Below, piece after piece: positions 41,209-48,311 of a stretch of DNA of 64,000 bases. The stretch's first letter is position 1. Every line of letters starts with the position of its first letter. Location: positions 1,155-65,154 of IMG/VR virus record IMGVR_UViG_3300034061_005646; one strand, written 5' to 3'. The position numbers and the translations under genes were made by a program. The stretch is from a virus (Duplodnaviria; Caudoviricetes). The notes beneath the pieces were generated by a model, which saw only the letters and a program-made list of their open reading frames with translations, was not told where the DNA came from and ran no database searches.

Positions 41209-41246
41209 AAAACAATGGCAAGACTTGCCAAATTAAACAAAATAAA

Positions 41247-41660
41247 ATGACAACCAAGATCAAAGAAACCAAAGCACAATTAGCAACCATGTTGGATATT
41301 GCTAATTACCAGAATGAGCAATTAAAAGCTCAGTTAGATGCGCTTAAAAGTGCATCAGTAAAACCTCAGCAGGTAAAATCACCTGTTACCACAGTTAAGC
41401 AGAATGAATACTGCCTACTGTTTATTCGTAATGGTAAAGAATACCGCTTTACATTCAAAAGCAAAGAAGATGCTTGGGCGAAGTATCTTGAAGTTGATAA
41501 TGTATCTCTATGCATTATATTCACTCGTGCTCAATTCTATGCCAAAGATGTATGGCAAAAGCTAATGACCTCTATCATAGGCAAGTCAGGCAAAATATCG
41601 TTTATCCTACCACCTCCCGGAGCACCTGCTTATGGCGTACAATTCGAAGTATTCAAATAA
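41247..41660 (+). CDS. Hypothetical protein
   Basis: 137 aa, N-terminal coiled coil, A-rich start context. Confidence 0.7.
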   Translation: MTTKIKETKAQLATMLDIANYQNEQLKAQLDALKSASVKPQQVKSPVTTVKQNEYCLLFIRNGKEYRFTFKSKEDAWAKYLEVDNVSLCIIFTRAQFYAKDVWQKLMTSIIGKSGKISFILPPPGAPAYGVQFEVFK

Positions 41661-41718
41661 CAGTTTTGATACTTTAATACAAATGGTCCTCGAGTCGGAG
41701 ACATACAATAGTATAAAA

Positions 41719-42042
41719 ATGGCAATAATAACAATAGACTTTTTTGTCTTTGGCAAGGCCGGAGATAGAAAAGCTACAGAGTCAACATCGCTTGACCTGT
41801 ACGAAATGGCAATGATACGAACCAATGTGTTCAATATCAGGGCGACAAATGCAATCAAACACCTATGTATAACAAAATACGGTGAATGGTACAAAGGCAT
41901 GGTAAAGGGGTATTCGGTTAACTTAGGCAGGTTAGGTGGCTTCAGGCTACATCCAAGCCTAATTCCTTCGGACGGCTCTGTATTGCACCAAAAGGGCATT
42001 GTGGTGCCTAACTCTCAGGGAGGAGAGGTACCCGTTCAGTAG
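41719..42042 (+). CDS. Hypothetical protein (uncertain)
   Basis: Part of ORF 41632..42042; best start context is TATAAAA-ATG at 41719. A competing minus-strand ORF exists at 41607..41999. Confidence 0.35.
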   Translation: MAIITIDFFVFGKAGDRKATESTSLDLYEMAMIRTNVFNIRATNAIKHLCITKYGEWYKGMVKGYSVNLGRLGGFRLHPSLIPSDGSVLHQKGIVVPNSQGGEVPVQ

Positions 42043-42295
42043 TTATTTGGATGCTACCATCACCGAGTGCAATGGTATAGGCATTGGTTGCTTTGGGAAC
42101 TGCCACAAGGTTGTACCCAAGGCATTCAATCACCGCCAAGTAGTTATCAATAGTCATGGACGTCTTTCCCTTCTCTGCATTATACAGCGCTGGGACCGAT
42201 ATACCTGTCTCCTTTGATATCCGCTCTATACTCTTGCCACTTATCTTGCGCAACTGTCGTAGGCCACTAATTGCCTTATCTTTATTCTCTTCCAT
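42008..42295 (-). CDS. XRE-family helix-turn-helix regulator
   Basis: LRQLRKISGKSIERISKETGISVPALYNAEKGKTSMTIDNYLAVIECLG; ATG 42295 follows a promoter-like box. Confidence 0.8.
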   Translation of the reverse strand: MEENKDKAISGLRQLRKISGKSIERISKETGISVPALYNAEKGKTSMTIDNYLAVIECLGYNLVAVPKATNAYTIALGDGSIQITTERVPLLPES

Positions 42296-42299
42296 TAGG

Positions 42300-42330
42300 C
42301 AAATATTAGCCTTTTTGTACTTTGTTGCAA
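42300..42330 (-). promoter_or_regulatory. Promoter of XRE gene
   Basis: TTG-N20-AATATTTG-CCTA-ATG, one mismatch to TAnnTTTG. Confidence 0.5.
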
Positions 42331-42436
42331 GTTTTACTCGGCAACTTTTTTTATTTAGTATAAAAACGCGTGAGATGGTAGTACCCAAAAAGGGGTAAAA
42401 GTTTAGTTAAAAGGTATAATAATTAATAAAATTCAC

Positions 42437-42760
42437 ATGAATAAGATAGAAGAAACTGTTATGGGTAATCAGGGATTATCTAATGATGGGGTTATGTCTA
42501 AACCAAAAAGGCAGCGTATTAAGGTTAATGAGGTATTGTATAGTAGTGAGGTAGGACAGACATTGGCTGGTTTCTATATGATGAGGGAGAAGGGGAGAGA
42601 GAAGAAGGAGGAGAGGGAGAGTTATGAGAGGTATAGGGAAAGGGCTATAGCGAATGGGTTTAATGTTGGGATGTGGGGAGAGGGTATGCTTAGGAAGAAG
42701 TGGTTGCTTGAGGAGAAGGGGGGCAATATGCCAATTAAGGAGAAGGGAGAAGTTCTATGA
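42437..42760 (+). CDS. Hypothetical charged protein encoded by G-rich DNA
   Basis: 107 aa, Glu/Arg/Lys/Gly rich; ATGA overlap with the next gene. Confidence 0.6.
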   Translation: MNKIEETVMGNQGLSNDGVMSKPKRQRIKVNEVLYSSEVGQTLAGFYMMREKGREKKEERESYERYRERAIANGFNVGMWGEGMLRKKWLLEEKGGNMPIKEKGEVL

Positions 42761-43116
42761 ATTTGTTTGATGAAAGGCCAGATGTGTGGGAAAAGATTGC
42801 TGAAGTCCTTGAACAATGGTGTATAACCTTTAAACTAATAGGCTCACATAACGAAACACCAAGATATTCTCAAATAATACCATTTGCAGATTCAATACGA
42901 AGGGAATTGACCTTTGAAGAACGAATGGCAGATAAAAGAATATGTCTTAATGGTACGGTTTCGAATGTATGTTATATCATAACAGATTTTACTGAAGAAC
43001 AAACTGAATGGATGATACAACAATTGAGGTTTAACTCTAATGAGGCTTATTCAAGCTATAAAGAAAAGCGGACTGAATATCTAAAAACTAATCATCCTAC
43101 GATTAATCCTTATTAA
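42757..43116 (+). CDS. Hypothetical protein
   Basis: 119-aa ORF in the early operon. Confidence 0.65.
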   Translation: MNLFDERPDVWEKIAEVLEQWCITFKLIGSHNETPRYSQIIPFADSIRRELTFEERMADKRICLNGTVSNVCYIITDFTEEQTEWMIQQLRFNSNEAYSSYKEKRTEYLKTNHPTINPY

Positions 43117-43155
43117 ATAATGCTATCGGTGACCAATTAATCCGAGGCAATTTAT

Positions 43156-43263
43156 ATGACAACAGCTACAAAGAAAAAAACAGAAACAATCATTGCCATC
43201 ACAGGTACAATCCTATTGGTGGCATTAATGACAATGGCCTTAATTATGGAGGGGATCAAGTAA
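43156..43263 (+). CDS. Single-pass membrane peptide (35 aa)
   Basis: Hand translation MTTATKKKTETIIAITGTILLVALMTMALIMEGIK; TAATG overlap with the next gene. Confidence 0.55.
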   Translation: MTTATKKKTETIIAITGTILLVALMTMALIMEGIK

Positions 43264-43481
43264 TGAAAATTAAACACTTGTCTACTGCCCTAAGCATTAT
43301 TATGTTTTTAGGGATTATCGTATTCTTATCTGCTATTGGTTTAGTGCCTGTGGGTGGGCTTGCAAAATCCAATCCAAACCATGAGCTACATGATAAGATA
43401 CTTACAATCGGTTTTATCTCCGGATGTATTGCTTTCGCTTGTCTTGCAATTTTAATATCAATTAACAACTACAAAAAGTAA
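43263..43481 (+). CDS. Small membrane protein (two hydrophobic segments)
   Basis: 72 aa with two hydrophobic stretches. Confidence 0.65.
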   Translation: MKIKHLSTALSIIMFLGIIVFLSAIGLVPVGGLAKSNPNHELHDKILTIGFISGCIAFACLAILISINNYKK

Positions 43482-43507
43482 GGCTTTCTTTCTAAAACTT
43501 CAACAAC

Positions 43508-44002
43508 ATGACAACAACAACCAAAAAAACCAAAATCCAAGGTAACAGAGTTGCCTCTTTCAGAACTACTGAAAAAGTATTCATTAACAATGCTCAACTT
43601 GCTGCTTGCCTTAAACAAGCTCAGGTAGAAGAAATGCACATCAAACGTGCTAAAGAAGAACAAAAGAAAAAGTACGAAATGGATAAGCTTTACTTTAAAG
43701 CTACCATTGAGGCTGAATCTAAAAATTACTTCAGTAACCATCCTTATGAAGTGGTTAGAGCTTGTAAGAATATTATCAACCGTGGATATAAGATCTACAT
43801 TGTCAATAATGACAATAAAATATCAGATATGGGTGGTAAACTTACCTTCCCAGTTAGATATAAAGCTACCGGATCTTATGAGAAAGCATTCATCGCTAAA
43901 ATTGGCGTAGATAACTCCATAATGAAGTTGGTGATGAAAGACCTTGCCGAGTATGTCGAAAAGGGCATATTGGTAATGAAAAACAAAAGAAACAGAGGGT
44001 AG
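43508..44002 (+). CDS. Hypothetical protein
   Basis: 164-aa basic ORF. Confidence 0.7.
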   Translation: MTTTTKKTKIQGNRVASFRTTEKVFINNAQLAACLKQAQVEEMHIKRAKEEQKKKYEMDKLYFKATIEAESKNYFSNHPYEVVRACKNIINRGYKIYIVNNDNKISDMGGKLTFPVRYKATGSYEKAFIAKIGVDNSIMKLVMKDLAEYVEKGILVMKNKRNRG

Positions 44003-44147
44003 ATTGTTATCTCCCTATGTTAATTTAATAAAAAAGTGTGATTAAGCCTTGATATTAATAGACTCCTGGCATTCGTGTCCATGTAAAGTGTCTTGCATAA
44101 TAAAAGGAAATCGCATGAATTATATAAAACCGCTTAATAACAGCAAA

Positions 44148-44522
44148 ATGTCAATTAAAGTAAAAATCGCTACCATAGTTATTGGTAGAACCATTTCTAT
44201 GGAAAAATTCTCAAATGAGAAACAAGAAGTAGTTGTTAATGTGGAGTATGAGGAAGGAGAGAAAATCTCCAATGTAGCTAAAGCTGCATATGCTGAAGCT
44301 GACAAGGCTTTTGTAACCATGTATCCAAAGTACGGTGTTGTAAACACTGAGTATACCGGATACATAAAAAGTATAATAACCAAATTAGCTGAAGTAGGAG
44401 TGAAAGAGCCAGCTCCACAGGTTTCGAAAGAAACATTGCCAAACATTCCTGATAATGTTATTGGTGAGAATCCTTTCAAAAAAAATGATGATGGTGCAAT
44501 AGGTAAAGGTCCTGAATTTTAG
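44148..44522 (+). CDS. Hypothetical protein
   Basis: Part of ORF 44049..44522; likely start MSIKVK at 44148. Confidence 0.65.
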   Translation: MSIKVKIATIVIGRTISMEKFSNEKQEVVVNVEYEEGEKISNVAKAAYAEADKAFVTMYPKYGVVNTEYTGYIKSIITKLAEVGVKEPAPQVSKETLPNIPDNVIGENPFKKNDDGAIGKGPEF

Positions 44523-44547
44523 CACACCATTTCTCTTAAAAAACAAA

Positions 44548-44578
44548 AAGGGCTGGCTGGTTAAAGCAGCCGCCCTTA
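44548..44578 (+). terminator. Intergenic hairpin (possible terminator or processing site)
   Basis: AAGGGC-T-GGCTG ... CAGCC-GCCCTT; weak U tract. Confidence 0.4.
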
Positions 44579-44646
44579 TTTGTGAATCAATCAACAGATT
44601 AGATAGAAGAAAAACAAAATCCATTACAAATTTAATTTTAAATCTT

Positions 44647-45396
44647 ATGACAACCACAAATCAATCAAAACCAGCAAGCAAAAGAATCAAAATCACAAAA
44701 AAGGCAAATGTTGAAAATGCTATTCCGGCCACGTCTAATGTGCCTGTAGCTGTTGAAACACCTGTGCAAACAAAACAGAAAGCATTTGCTGTTTATGCAC
44801 ACATTTCCAATGGTAAAATCAACAACATCGTTGTTATTGACGCCTCTTTTCAACTGAACCAATCTGATATGCGTATCGTTGGAGAAACGCATGATCGCAT
44901 CGGAACTATCCATGCGAATGATCTATTTGTGAAAATTCACAAAGGGTTTGCCGGTAAAGATGAACCTAATGGTAAGCAATATGCTTGCCATGAAAAAGGA
45001 AAGTACATCCCTTATGAAGACGGAAACCTTCGCAAGATGTATTTCATGTGCCGTTTAAAGAAAGACTTGGCCATTGCACGAGATATCATGCAAAGACCGA
45101 TTATTGATCCTAACACAAAACAACCAATGACTTGTGAAGTACACAAGGTTGCAATCGCTTCGCTTATCAATACTGGTAAGAAAGAAGTAATAGATGAAAT
45201 GCTTAAAGCGCGTTGGACTATGCCATTTGCCATCTATACCACAGATGAAAAGGCAGTGTTCACGTTCTACACCATTGCGGGTAACAAATACTTTGTTCGC
45301 CCAAGCGATGAAGCTCCCAAAAAAGCTATCAAAAATGATGCAGTTGTTGAAAAATCTATGGAAGTTGCTACAGCAACTGATGATATGCCTTTTTAA
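44647..45396 (+). CDS. Hypothetical protein with SSB-like C-terminal tail
   Basis: 249 aa ending in TDDMPF. Confidence 0.6.
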   Translation: MTTTNQSKPASKRIKITKKANVENAIPATSNVPVAVETPVQTKQKAFAVYAHISNGKINNIVVIDASFQLNQSDMRIVGETHDRIGTIHANDLFVKIHKGFAGKDEPNGKQYACHEKGKYIPYEDGNLRKMYFMCRLKKDLAIARDIMQRPIIDPNTKQPMTCEVHKVAIASLINTGKKEVIDEMLKARWTMPFAIYTTDEKAVFTFYTIAGNKYFVRPSDEAPKKAIKNDAVVEKSMEVATATDDMPF

Positions 45397-45434
45397 GATA
45401 GCCTTTTATTATCCAAAACATAAAAAATAGAACC

Positions 45435-45470
45435 AATGGTGAGGGGAGTAATCCCCTTGCCATTTAATTT
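45435..45470 (+). terminator. Intergenic hairpin/terminator
   Basis: AATGGTGAGGGGA-GTAA-TCCCCTTGCCATT followed by TAATTT. Confidence 0.55.
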
Positions 45471-45477
45471 CAAATCA

Positions 45478-45750
45478 ATGTCAAATAAAAATAAGTTAGA
45501 GCAGTATCAAAAAATGTCAGTCAATTGTGAAAATATGAAAATGCATATTTCACAATTAAAGACTCTTTATGAAATCGAAAATCGGAATGATTTTAAAGTT
45601 CTTTTATCTGGAGATGACAGAGTATCTGTGCCTGTAGATTTAGGAATCAAATTAGTTAAAGAAATGATCAAAGAGTCCGAAAACTGGATAAATAAAGAAG
45701 CAAAAGACTTAGAATTTAATAGATCTTTATTAGATAAATTTAAACAATGA
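45478..45750 (+). CDS. Hypothetical protein
   Basis: Part of ORF 45436..45750; start moved past the hairpin to MSNKNK. Confidence 0.6.
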   Translation: MSNKNKLEQYQKMSVNCENMKMHISQLKTLYEIENRNDFKVLLSGDDRVSVPVDLGIKLVKEMIKESENWINKEAKDLEFNRSLLDKFKQ

Positions 45751-46058
45751 AAAAGCTAATCACAAAGTTTGCAGGCATATTGCTTGCTTTTGCAGTATGG
45801 GTAATCAACAATTCCAGAGAAGAAAAGTTAAAACAAACAATCTTATTGGATGATGGAATCTATGAGATTAAGCAAGTTGTAGTTACAAACACCAACCCAT
45901 CAATAGACTCAGGACGGCAAAAGAATAGGATAGCTGATGAAATAAACGAAAGCGTAAGAGGTTATATCAAATATTCAGAAGCTTCTTTTAAGAGTCCTTA
46001 TTCCGGTCCGACTATAACAGGACATACCGGTGAGATACTAGTATTAAAAAAAGTATAA
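45747..46058 (+). CDS. Hypothetical protein with N-terminal hydrophobic segment
   Basis: MKKLITKFAGILLAFAVWVI; ATGA overlap. Confidence 0.65.
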   Translation: MKKLITKFAGILLAFAVWVINNSREEKLKQTILLDDGIYEIKQVVVTNTNPSIDSGRQKNRIADEINESVRGYIKYSEASFKSPYSGPTITGHTGEILVLKKV

Positions 46059-46177
46059 TACTAGGTAATATAAAAATAGAAATATTTTAATTTTCTAGAT
46101 GATTTATCAATCATCTTTTCTCTAAAGACAATGCTCTAAAGAGCATGTAAAACCTTTACCTAGAGTATAGATTGAGA

Positions 46178-46447
46178 GAAAAACTGAAGAGTGAGTGAAT
46201 ACCTTCCCCTTACCCGTAAGGGGTTGGTCACTTGCTTCAGTTACCATTCACCTGTCATATGAGTTGGTCGAATGTACTGCTATGTATGAGGCATATAGGT
46301 CTACATAGTTGAGAGGCTACTTTCAAGGGCTATACCCCCTGTTGATATCCTACGGCTCCCTCTCTTTGTGCCACCGTTGCGCTTGCATCATTCCCTCAGT
46401 AACGCTTTATTTCATCGATCGCTGACGTCTTTAACCCGACCAATCGA
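46178..46447 (-). ncRNA. Candidate structured non-coding RNA (about 270 nt)
   Basis: No ORF of 60 aa or more; consensus promoter upstream; several nested inverted repeats; long 3' hairpin followed by a U tract. Confidence 0.6.
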
Positions 46448-46451
46448 ACAC

Positions 46452-46482
46452 CAAAGGTAAAAATCGATTTGCATTTACCAAA
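46452..46482 (-). promoter_or_regulatory. Bacteroidota consensus promoter firing into the non-coding region
   Basis: TTTG-N19-TACCTTTG. Confidence 0.75.
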
Positions 46483-46499
46483 TCAATAGAATAATTTTA
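46468..46499 (+). promoter_or_regulatory. Overlapping divergent promoter for secreted-protein gene
   Basis: TTTG-N20-TAATTTTA, one mismatch to consensus. Confidence 0.5.
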
Positions 46500-46521
46500 C
46501 ACTATCAATTTGAAAATCAAA

Positions 46522-46878
46522 ATGAAAAAGTTCATCATGTTTTTGTTTGCATTATGCCTGGGTGCATTTGTAAACGAGGTTGCCGCTCAATCCCTAAACT
46601 ACGAGCAAGTCACGACAAATCAAACGGTTAAACCACAGACGATCAATGTTTATCAGAACATTTACGGGGTCCAGAGTCCTTTGCCCTCACAGGTAATCAA
46701 AGAAACTCCCGGATCTAGTCAACTAAACAAATCCTACGGTGTGTATAATACTTATCTTGGATCTCCTGAGCCGTTGCCATCAAAAGTCATACAAAAAAAT
46801 GGTAATAGTTGGGAAGTATACAATACATATTTAGGAGTGCCGGTTGGATTACCAATACAGAGTATATTGCTCGAATAA
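46522..46878 (+). CDS. Secreted protein with three internal repeats
   Basis: Signal peptide MKKFIMFLFALCLGAFVNEVAA-Q; three VY....G....LP...I repeats. Confidence 0.75.
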   Translation: MKKFIMFLFALCLGAFVNEVAAQSLNYEQVTTNQTVKPQTINVYQNIYGVQSPLPSQVIKETPGSSQLNKSYGVYNTYLGSPEPLPSKVIQKNGNSWEVYNTYLGVPVGLPIQSILLE

Positions 46879-46901
46879 TTAAAACAATTTTACGAAAAAG
46901 G

Positions 46902-46930
46902 AAAAGCCATGCGAAAGCATGGCTTTTTTT
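46902..46930 (+). terminator. Intrinsic terminator (bidirectional form)
   Basis: AAAAGCCATGC-GAAA-GCATGGCTTTTTTT. Confidence 0.85.
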
Positions 46931-46956
46931 ATTATTAAAATAGAAAAAATTATATA

Positions 46957-46964
46957 TAAATTTG
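46957..46964 (+). promoter_or_regulatory. Bacteroidota -7 promoter box
   Basis: TAAATTTG-TATC-ATG (46969), directly after a terminator. Confidence 0.6.
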
Positions 46965-46968
46965 TATC

Positions 46969-47193
46969 ATGATAACAAATATTGGCCAATTAAAAGAAAT
47001 GCTTAAAGGTATACCAGATGATACCAAGATAGCATCATTGTGTAAATCGACTGAGTACTTCCCAATTAAAGAAGTGCAATTAGTTAAAGAGCGCGGTACA
47101 GGAAAATCAATTTTGATGATTATTCCAACAAACGTATCTTTATCGGACGAATTACTATACGAACAATGCAAAGAGCTACAAACAGCCTATTAA
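46969..47193 (+). CDS. Hypothetical protein
   Basis: 74 aa; IGQLKEMLKGIPDD N-terminus common in small phage proteins. Confidence 0.65.
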   Translation: MITNIGQLKEMLKGIPDDTKIASLCKSTEYFPIKEVQLVKERGTGKSILMIIPTNVSLSDELLYEQCKELQTAY

Positions 47194-47525
47194 CGCAAAA
47201 ACCTTCGATTGCAGAGCCAAATAATTATTTTGGAATATCTGAGTCTAGGCCATGCATTTTCTGCCATAAGGAGATTTATACGCATGAATTAGAAAAGAAT
47301 AAATCTGAATACAGAATAACACAATATGGAGCATACCACACCAACTGCTTTTTATCAAGTACCGATGTTTCACGAATACATCACAGGGAAAGTTTGCCAA
47401 TACTGCGACCAGAAAACAGAATTACTGCTTTCTTCAAAAGAAATTTATATGGTAGATTATGGGCCGGTTTATATTTGTCGAAGATGCAAAGCATACGTTG
47501 GTTGTCACAAATCTGGAGAAAATAA
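47166..47525 (+). CDS. Possible zinc-binding protein (CxxC...HxxC)
   Basis: CIFC...HTNC; the C-terminal half overlaps the next gene out of frame. Confidence 0.4.
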   Translation: MQRATNSLLTQKPSIAEPNNYFGISESRPCIFCHKEIYTHELEKNKSEYRITQYGAYHTNCFLSSTDVSRIHHRESLPILRPENRITAFFKRNLYGRLWAGLYLSKMQSIRWLSQIWRK

Positions 47526-47781
47526 AGGACAAAGCCTTGGAGTTGTTGCTAACAAAGAGTTAAGACAATGGAAAATGCAAGCTCACAAATTCTTTGATGC
47601 ATTGTGGCAACATAAAATGAAATCCGGGATTAAAAAACACGAAGCCAGAAAAATGGCTTATCAATGGGTATCAGAAAAACTAGACATTCCTCCATCTTAC
47701 ACCCATATTGGAATGTTTGATATAAAAACATGCAAAGCATTGATAGCATTATGCGGACCATATTATAACAAAATTACTTGA
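47326..47781 (+). CDS. DUF3268-like zinc-finger protein
   Basis: CQYC...YICRRCKAYVGCH...LG..AN.ELR..K..AH..FD.LW...AY.W....L.I....THIGMFD...C. Start may be 47365. Confidence 0.75.
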   Translation: MEHTTPTAFYQVPMFHEYITGKVCQYCDQKTELLLSSKEIYMVDYGPVYICRRCKAYVGCHKSGENKGQSLGVVANKELRQWKMQAHKFFDALWQHKMKSGIKKHEARKMAYQWVSEKLDIPPSYTHIGMFDIKTCKALIALCGPYYNKIT

Positions 47782-47782
47782 T

Positions 47783-47983
47783 ATGAAAGTAAAAGTTGAA
47801 GTTACCGATGAAGCTGGCAATGTTCAGCAATACGATGTTAGCAGCAGTGCTTTATATGATGCACTTGCAAGGCTACTCGGATTAATTGAAGTAAGACCTA
47901 ACCAATGGGTAAATGAACACGGAGAATACTATGCGCTTACGAAATATGGATTTAAACGATATGGTGTTGGGTTGCGGTCGTAG
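47783..47983 (+). CDS. Cassette 1 hypothetical protein
   Basis: 66 aa; reads through the GTT box as YDVSSS; stop overlaps the inverse box. Confidence 0.6.
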   Translation: MKVKVEVTDEAGNVQQYDVSSSALYDALARLLGLIEVRPNQWVNEHGEYYALTKYGFKRYGVGLRS

Positions 47984-48062
47984 CATTGCTGCTAACGGTT
48001 TCGGGCTTTGTGTCCGTTGGCGACTTTAACCACAAATGTTAAATTGAAAAACAAATATTGAT

Positions 48063-48311
48063 ATGAGTACAAATGATGAATTGAAAAACGAAACCGCCAA
48101 TGGCACAAAACCCGTGTTATATGCCGTTGCGGATGTAATCGGTTTTCGTTACAAAGGTGGTAGATATGTAAAAGGTGAAATATTGAGAATAGACCCTAAA
48201 GGAATATTGATAAGGTTAAAAACCGATTACATTGGTAAAAATGAAGAATGGTATACTGGTGAAGATAAATATTTCAATAAAGCTGAAATGAAGCGTGTCA
48301 GCAAGCAATAG
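48063..48311 (+). CDS. Cassette 2 hypothetical protein (small beta-rich domain)
   Basis: 82 aa; starts inside the attC-like loop and reads through the GTT box as KPVLYAV. Confidence 0.65.
   Translation: MSTNDELKNETANGTKPVLYAVADVIGFRYKGGRYVKGEILRIDPKGILIRLKTDYIGKNEEWYTGEDKYFNKAEMKRVSKQ

Noticed and set aside
41607-41999. Minus-strand 130-aa ORF after the XRE gene
   Set aside because: It overlaps a plus-strand ORF with a better start context and has no recognisable motif; it cannot be fully excluded.
46316-46360. Group II intron domain V (GAGCCG...GAAAGT on the minus strand)
   Set aside because: The roughly 34-nt DV hairpin with a complementary CGGTTC arm is absent, and there is no interrupted gene or maturase.
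47762-47836. Fully formed first attC-like site upstream of cassette 1
   Set aside because: ATTATAAC...ATTACTTGA / TCAGCAAT...GTT pairing is weak. It is kept only as the approximate left boundary, not as a confirmed site.
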